This document shows positions 58,841 to 64,000 of a DNA stretch of 64,000 bases, in pieces. The position numbers were made by a program, and so were the translations under genes. How positions within the stretch are numbered: the stretch's first letter is position 1; each line of letters begins with the position of its first letter. The notes below the pieces were generated by a model. That model did not search any database. It was not told the DNA's origin and saw only the letters and a program-made list of their open reading frames with translations. This stretch comes from Polyangiaceae bacterium (GTDB lineage Bacteria > Myxococcota_A > Polyangia > Polyangiales > Polyangiaceae). The stretch is taken from assembly GCA_965222375.1 (NCBI GenBank), contig CBDCTZ010000012.1, positions 576,001 to 640,000 on the forward strand. Reading direction: 5' to 3'.

Positions 58841-60765
58841 CGATCTTGGTGCAACGCTCGGACGTCGGGGAGTTTCGCAAACGCTACCGGTGGATTGTCC
58901 TGATCCTGTTGCTCAGCTTCTTGGGGCTGCTTGCGAGGCTGGCGCAGTTGCAATTGGTGGATGGCGAGCTGCACCGCGCCCAGGCGCGGCGAAACATCGT
59001 CGGAGAGCTGACCCTGGCGACGACTCGGGGCGTCATTCGCGATGCCTATGGCAAGGTGCTGGCAGCCAACCGGCCTAGCTACAACGTGTACGTCGTGCCT
59101 GGCTTGATCAACCTGGAGCGCACGTGGCCGCGCGTGGTCCAGCTCATGGACCTCGAAAAAGCCGAGGCTGAGGAACTTCGCGGGCGCGTCGTCGAGTTGC
59201 GCGGGGCCGACGGCAACCGACCGATGCAACAAACACTGTTGAAGGTCGACGTGGACCGAGACGTGGTTGGGCGGCTGAAGACCAACGAGCGTTCCTTGCG
59301 CGGCGTTGAAGTCGCTCCCGCACCGGTTCGCTATTACCCCTTTGGGGAGCTGGGTGCGCATCTCATCGGCTACATGCGAGAGATCGATCCGGAAACGCTA
59401 TCCCGGCTCGAGGGTCGCGGATACCGCGCGGGAGATCGACTCGGCGCCATCGGGGTGGAGCGCCGCTGGGAGAGCTACCTCCAGGGGCGCCGCGGATGGC
59501 GCAAAGTGCTGCGCGGCTCGAACCGCCGTCGCAGCCAGGAGGGCTTGGAGCCGAAGTACCTGGAGGAGCCGAGGCGCTTGGAGCCGGAGCCGGGTCGTGA
59601 CGTCTCCCTCACGATGGACATCGAGTTGGAGCGCTCCATCGAGAAGGCGATGCGCGGTCAGCTTGCCGGAGCCGTTGTCGTCGTGGACGTGCGCACCGGG
59701 CGGCTCTTGGCGGCTTTGAGCAAGCCGAGCTTCGACCCCAACGTCGTCTCCGGCGGAAGAGGCAAGAGGGCTGTGCGCGAGACATTTCGCCGCCTGTACT
59801 CGGATCCGCTGATACCGACGCTGGACAAGACTATTTCTGCGGCATATCCACCGGGGTCCACCTACAAGCCCTTTAGCGCCCTGGCTGCGCTGGCGGACAA
59901 GCTCATCACGCCGCGGCAACAAGTGGATTGCCGAGGGGGCTACGAATACGGGCGCCGGTACTTCCGATGCACCGGCATTCACCGGCACGTGAATTTGCAC
60001 GAGGCGGTCGTGCGGTCCTGCAACACCTATTTCTATACGGTTGGTGAGCGGATCCACATCGACCGCCTGGCGCGGATCGGCATGGATTTCGGCTTGGGCA
60101 CCAAGACCGGCATCGGCGTCAACCCTGAGGCCCGCGGCCGCATGCCAACTCGGAGTTGGTACACGCGTCGCTACAAGGGGGCGTTCCGAGGCGGTTTTAC
60201 CCTTCTGGCCGCCATCGGTCAGGGTGCCTCCACGGTCACGGTGATGCAGCTGGCGCTCGCCTACGGTGCGCTGGCCAACGGTGGAACCCTGTACCAACCT
60301 CAGGTCGTCCGCAGCATCGAGACCAGCGACGGCACGGTGGTTCAAGAGTTTCCACCCCGAGTCCGTCGTAGCGTGAACGTAGATCCAGACCACTTGGCGC
60401 GCATCAACCGGGGCCTGGCTGGTGTGGTGGTCGAGCGTGAAGGCACTGCCTTCGATGCGAACTTGTCCGGCGTGGACATGGCCGGAAAGACCGGTACAGC
60501 TCAGGTCAGCCACGTCACGCCACGAGGCGTCGACCCATCGAAGGTCTGGTACTTCAATCGGGATCACGCCTGGTTTGCGGGCTACGCACCGGCCAACTCG
60601 CCAGAAATAGCGATCGTCGTGCTGGTTGAACACGGCGGGCCTGGCGGCAAATTCGCGGTGCCGATCGCCTCGCGTATCGTGCGGGACTGGCAAAAACTAT
60701 CCGAGAAGCGCCTCTCGGCTCGCTCCGGCGCGACCCGTCGTAAACCGAAACGGAGCACCCTCTGA
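58837..60765 (+). CDS. mrdA: Penicillin-binding protein 2
   Basis: STYK, SCN, KTGT motifs; DHAWF; N-terminal TM; ATG 58837. Confidence 0.95.
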   Translation: MTILVQRSDVGEFRKRYRWIVLILLLSFLGLLARLAQLQLVDGELHRAQARRNIVGELTLATTRGVIRDAYGKVLAANRPSYNVYVVPGLINLERTWPRVVQLMDLEKAEAEELRGRVVELRGADGNRPMQQTLLKVDVDRDVVGRLKTNERSLRGVEVAPAPVRYYPFGELGAHLIGYMREIDPETLSRLEGRGYRAGDRLGAIGVERRWESYLQGRRGWRKVLRGSNRRRSQEGLEPKYLEEPRRLEPEPGRDVSLTMDIELERSIEKAMRGQLAGAVVVVDVRTGRLLAALSKPSFDPNVVSGGRGKRAVRETFRRLYSDPLIPTLDKTISAAYPPGSTYKPFSALAALADKLITPRQQVDCRGGYEYGRRYFRCTGIHRHVNLHEAVVRSCNTYFYTVGERIHIDRLARIGMDFGLGTKTGIGVNPEARGRMPTRSWYTRRYKGAFRGGFTLLAAIGQGASTVTVMQLALAYGALANGGTLYQPQVVRSIETSDGTVVQEFPPRVRRSVNVDPDHLARINRGLAGVVVEREGTAFDANLSGVDMAGKTGTAQVSHVTPRGVDPSKVWYFNRDHAWFAGYAPANSPEIAIVVLVEHGGPGGKFAVPIASRIVRDWQKLSEKRLSARSGATRRKPKRSTL

Positions 60766-61883
60766 TGCGCAGGGATCGAATCGGCTTTCGAAGCGGCATG
60801 CAGGTCGACATGCCGTTGTTGCTCTGCATCGTGGTCATAGCCACGCTTGGAGTGGTGAATCTGTACAGCGCCACCAGCGTGTACATCGATGCCGGAAAGC
60901 GTGCCGGGTTGGCGGACATCTACGTGTCCCAGGTGTACTGGATTGTGGTTGGCGGGTTGCTGGCAATTGCCGTCGCAGCCATCGACTACCGCCACTTCGA
61001 GCGACTCGCGTACTTCCTCTACGCGGGCGGTATTGTCTCGCTGGGACTCGTCTTCGCGATTGGCGCTGATATTCGGGGTTCTTCGCGGTGGATCCAGCTG
61101 GGCAGCTTCACCTTCCAGCCCAGTGAGTTCATGAAGATCCTGGTGGTGCTTGCCGTCGCGAAGTTTCTGCACGACGACGCTCGCACCGAACCCAGAACCC
61201 TTTTCGACTTGGCACCCGCTCTGCTTCTGACCGGGCTGCCGGTCGCCTTGGTCATGGCCCAACCGGACTTGGGCACGTCCTTGGTGATCATGCTGACCGT
61301 GGGCACGGTCCTGGCGATGGTGAAAATCCGTCGTCGCAGTCTGCTGACCTTGGCGCTAGCGTCGGTTGCGCTGCCGCCGTTGTTTTGGCGCTACCTGATG
61401 CGGGACTATCAAAAAGCTCGTATCACCAGCTTTCTCGATCCCGAAGGTGACAAGACCGGAACCGGCTGGCACGCACTTCAGTCCAAGACCGCAATTGGCA
61501 ACGGCGGCCTTTCTGGCGAAGGCTTCATGCAGGGCACGCAGAATCAGTTCGGCTTCTTGCCGGATCAACATTCGGATTTCCCCTTTGCTGTCTTCGCCGA
61601 GGACTGGGGTTTCGCTGGAAGTGCGGTGCTGCTCGGTGTGTATTGCTTCCTTTGCATCTGGGCGGTGCACGTCGCGTCCCAGTCAAAGGATCGTTTTGGC
61701 GCCGCAGTTGCCATCGGCATTGGCGCGCTGGTGTTCTGGCACACTGCATTCAACGTGGGGATGGCCATGGGGATCCTACCCGTCGTTGGGATAACGTTGC
61801 CCCTCTTCTCATACGGTGGTTCGAGCGTCGTGACGATGCTGGTTGGTCTCGGCCTCCTGATGAACGTCTCGATGAGGCGCTGA
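60765..61883 (+). CDS. rodA: SEDS peptidoglycan glycosyltransferase RodA
   Basis: QPSEFMK, QPDLGT, FLPDQHSDF, LFSYGGSS. Confidence 0.95.
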   Translation: MRRDRIGFRSGMQVDMPLLLCIVVIATLGVVNLYSATSVYIDAGKRAGLADIYVSQVYWIVVGGLLAIAVAAIDYRHFERLAYFLYAGGIVSLGLVFAIGADIRGSSRWIQLGSFTFQPSEFMKILVVLAVAKFLHDDARTEPRTLFDLAPALLLTGLPVALVMAQPDLGTSLVIMLTVGTVLAMVKIRRRSLLTLALASVALPPLFWRYLMRDYQKARITSFLDPEGDKTGTGWHALQSKTAIGNGGLSGEGFMQGTQNQFGFLPDQHSDFPFAVFAEDWGFAGSAVLLGVYCFLCIWAVHVASQSKDRFGAAVAIGIGALVFWHTAFNVGMAMGILPVVGITLPLFSYGGSSVVTMLVGLGLLMNVSMRR

Positions 61884-61899
61884 CGCGTGAGGGGTAGAT

Positions 61900-63777
61900 T
61901 CAGTTGCGTAGAACCCAGACTTGTAGCTCGCCACGTTTGTGTCCGAAGCGAGTCGGGTAGCTCGAATCCAATCGATACTTCTTGGGCAGCCAATCCGCTA
62001 GAAACTTGTCGGCGAGCTGCTGCGCCGGGCTGTTCGTAGACCAGAGTGCGTACATGCGTCTCCACAGGCTTGGGTCTGCGGGGTGGATCACGACCACCGT
62101 TGGCGGGCTGGCCTCCAAGGTGGAGAGGTCGGGGGCCAGGGCGCGCGCGGGATACTGATCGACGAATACGATCGCACCGCGTAGGGCCGGGCGGGGCCGC
62201 GCGATCAGGCGCGCAAGGGTGACGTCTTCCGGCAACACCAGCACCGTTCCCGCCTCCCCAGCGAGTTCCTGCGCACGGCGGGCCGCTTGCACCACGACGC
62301 GGCCGCGTGCGCTGACTCGGGTACCCGCCCAGTGGCCGTCCTCCACATGAGACGTTGCTTCGAGGTGTCGCGAGAGCTTATGGCCGAAGAGTACGGAAAG
62401 GCCCAATGCCAACGCCATGGGCTTGGCCCAGCCCAGTCGGGCGCGATCGAGGGCCGCGAACATCAACAAATACGCTATGACGATGATCGGGTTGTTGTCA
62501 TAGAAGGGCCGGAAACCGGGAAAGGACAGGTTGTGGAGCAGGGAACAAGTCAACGCTGCGATGCAGACCGCAAGCAGGGCGTGACCTCGCTCGGCCGCGG
62601 CCCTTCCCTCCGCGTCCTGAGCCGGCAGCCGGGTTCGAGTGGCCGCGAAGACGACCAACGCGCACAGGCCGAAGGCTGGAATCATCTTTGCGCGCTGACT
62701 CCAGGCCAGCACGGAAGCTGACGGGGGTGCCGCATCACTCCAAAGCAACGCAGTCGCAGCGCCGAACCCTCCGAGCAAGACCAGCACGGACAGTAGGGAC
62801 AAGCGTGGGCTGTCGGTCTCATCGCGACGGGACAGATCGAAATCGCCGCTGGCTTGGTATGCGCGCCGAACCAACAGGGCTACCACCAGGGTGAGCCCCA
62901 GGGAGGCTGGCCACGCCGGGAAGCGCCACAGGTACGAGAAGAGATTGAACGCCAGCTTCAGGGATCCGCCCTTGAGAGCGGCGCCATCTACATAGGCGGA
63001 GGCTATGAACCCAGATATCGAGCTCTGAGTGGCGAGCAACAACACCAGGTCGATGCCTACTCCGACCGCCGCACCTGCGACGAAGCGGGGCAAGATGCGC
63101 TTCATGTTGCGGAGGGCGCCTGCGTCCCGACTCAGCAGAGCGAGACCTCCCAAGTAAGCGAAGGCGCAGATCCATCCGAGCGCGATGCCGCTCCCGGTAC
63201 TTTGCTTGAAGGCCAGCGTCACCGCAGCGAGGGCGCCGCTCAAAAGCCAGAGGCGGCTGCAAGGCTTTGCTTTCGCGAGCGCGTGAGCTCCCGCCGCGAT
63301 GCTGCCCCAAGCTAGCAATTGCGCCGTGTGATCGTAGGCGCACTCCTTGTAGAGCTGGATGACCGTGGCCAGAGTCGCGCCGCTCACGAGCAGCGATGTC
63401 AGCGGGCCGCTGAAGGCGCGTGCGATGACGTAGGCAAGCCCAGCCATCCCCAGGTGGCATACGGCGACCAACCACAGCTCTTGTAGCAGCCGCGGGGGAC
63501 CACCGAGGGCCTGTACCGCGGCCATGACGACGAAGGGGCCCGGTGGGATCGGCAGCAGGAAGTCTTGGTAGGGGGTAGAGCCATCGAAGAAGCGCTCCGC
63601 GATAGGTCCGGTCCAGCCCGTGAACTCGCTATCGCCGACCAGGCTGTTGGTTAGGCGGGGGACGGCACGACTCGCGTAGGCCAAGAAAACCAGGGCGAGC
63701 GACGCCAGGCCGCCCCTGACCAGCCACTGCGACGACCGGCCTGCTGGCGGCGGGTTGGGCTCCGAGCGCTGGGTCAC
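61900..63777 (-). CDS. Large polytopic membrane protein, possibly GT-C-like
   Basis: More than 10 TM segments, G..PYQDF..P.PPG loop motif, KQ motif, soluble C-terminal domain. Confidence 0.6.
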   Translation of the reverse strand: MTQRSEPNPPPAGRSSQWLVRGGLASLALVFLAYASRAVPRLTNSLVGDSEFTGWTGPIAERFFDGSTPYQDFLLPIPPGPFVVMAAVQALGGPPRLLQELWLVAVCHLGMAGLAYVIARAFSGPLTSLLVSGATLATVIQLYKECAYDHTAQLLAWGSIAAGAHALAKAKPCSRLWLLSGALAAVTLAFKQSTGSGIALGWICAFAYLGGLALLSRDAGALRNMKRILPRFVAGAAVGVGIDLVLLLATQSSISGFIASAYVDGAALKGGSLKLAFNLFSYLWRFPAWPASLGLTLVVALLVRRAYQASGDFDLSRRDETDSPRLSLLSVLVLLGGFGAATALLWSDAAPPSASVLAWSQRAKMIPAFGLCALVVFAATRTRLPAQDAEGRAAAERGHALLAVCIAALTCSLLHNLSFPGFRPFYDNNPIIVIAYLLMFAALDRARLGWAKPMALALGLSVLFGHKLSRHLEATSHVEDGHWAGTRVSARGRVVVQAARRAQELAGEAGTVLVLPEDVTLARLIARPRPALRGAIVFVDQYPARALAPDLSTLEASPPTVVVIHPADPSLWRRMYALWSTNSPAQQLADKFLADWLPKKYRLDSSYPTRFGHKRGELQVWVLRN

Positions 63778-64000
63778 GACCTGGAGGAGCCTAGCCTGAT
63801 TTTCCTTCAGCTTCGGCGGGAGGAAGGGCGGACTCCCAGTTTTCGTAGGGAAAATCCTGGCTGACTTGCGGACTCAAGCTCTCGAATCGGCTCCTGGGCC
63901 GAAATTCATTTCGTGCCAGAGCGCATTTCGCGCTAGGCTTCCCGCGGAGCTGGACGGGTCACTCGCGCTCGCTCAGCACGTTCCCAAGGAGGCTTCTCGT

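Noticed and set aside
63778..64000. Possible sigma54 site and a gene start at the window edge
   Set aside because: TGGCAC on the minus strand lacks a correctly spaced TTGC. AAGGAGG near 63986 suggests a gene starting at or beyond the edge that cannot be called here.

Overview
High-GC chromosomal backbone of a myxobacterium, probably of the Sorangiineae/Polyangiales type (inferred from gene content). The window holds about 60 densely packed CDS. I found no rRNA, tRNA, CRISPR array, IS element or prophage. Left to right: (1) a gliding-motility operon (gltD/agmU-, gltE/aglT-, gltF- and gltG/pglI-like) with an extra degenerate TolQ/ExbB-like gene inserted; (2) a sigma70-driven three-gene module of secreted protein, OM beta-barrel and short Wza/OPX; (3) maf, a GT-C glycosyltransferase, the polarity gene romX and rluD; (4) a MoxR ATPase, an enoyl-CoA hydratase and a compact ACP + two KS-CLF didomain ketosynthase cassette followed by a lipoprotein and a patatin; (5) a Cys-less class II amidotransferase-fold gene divergent from a heme-oxygenase-like diiron enzyme, an NAD(P)-binding protein, a C2-PDZ lipoprotein, ygfZ and cysK; (6) mazG, rlmN, a phosphomannomutase and a Gly/Cys-rich repeat lipoprotein; (7) an RHH regulator, lepA and an M16 peptidase pair; (8) two DxDxDG-repeat lipoproteins, an rluB-like gene, a DUF2238-like gene remnant and the pepP operon; (9) a hydrolase, lgt, a DAG kinase, a two-RRM protein and mreBCD-mrdA-rodA. 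The best candidates for undescribed biology are the double KS-CLF fusion cassette, the TolQ-like insert in the glt operon, the third gene of the barrel/OPX export module and the C2-PDZ lipoprotein. All family calls come from reading motifs by eye; no database search was run.
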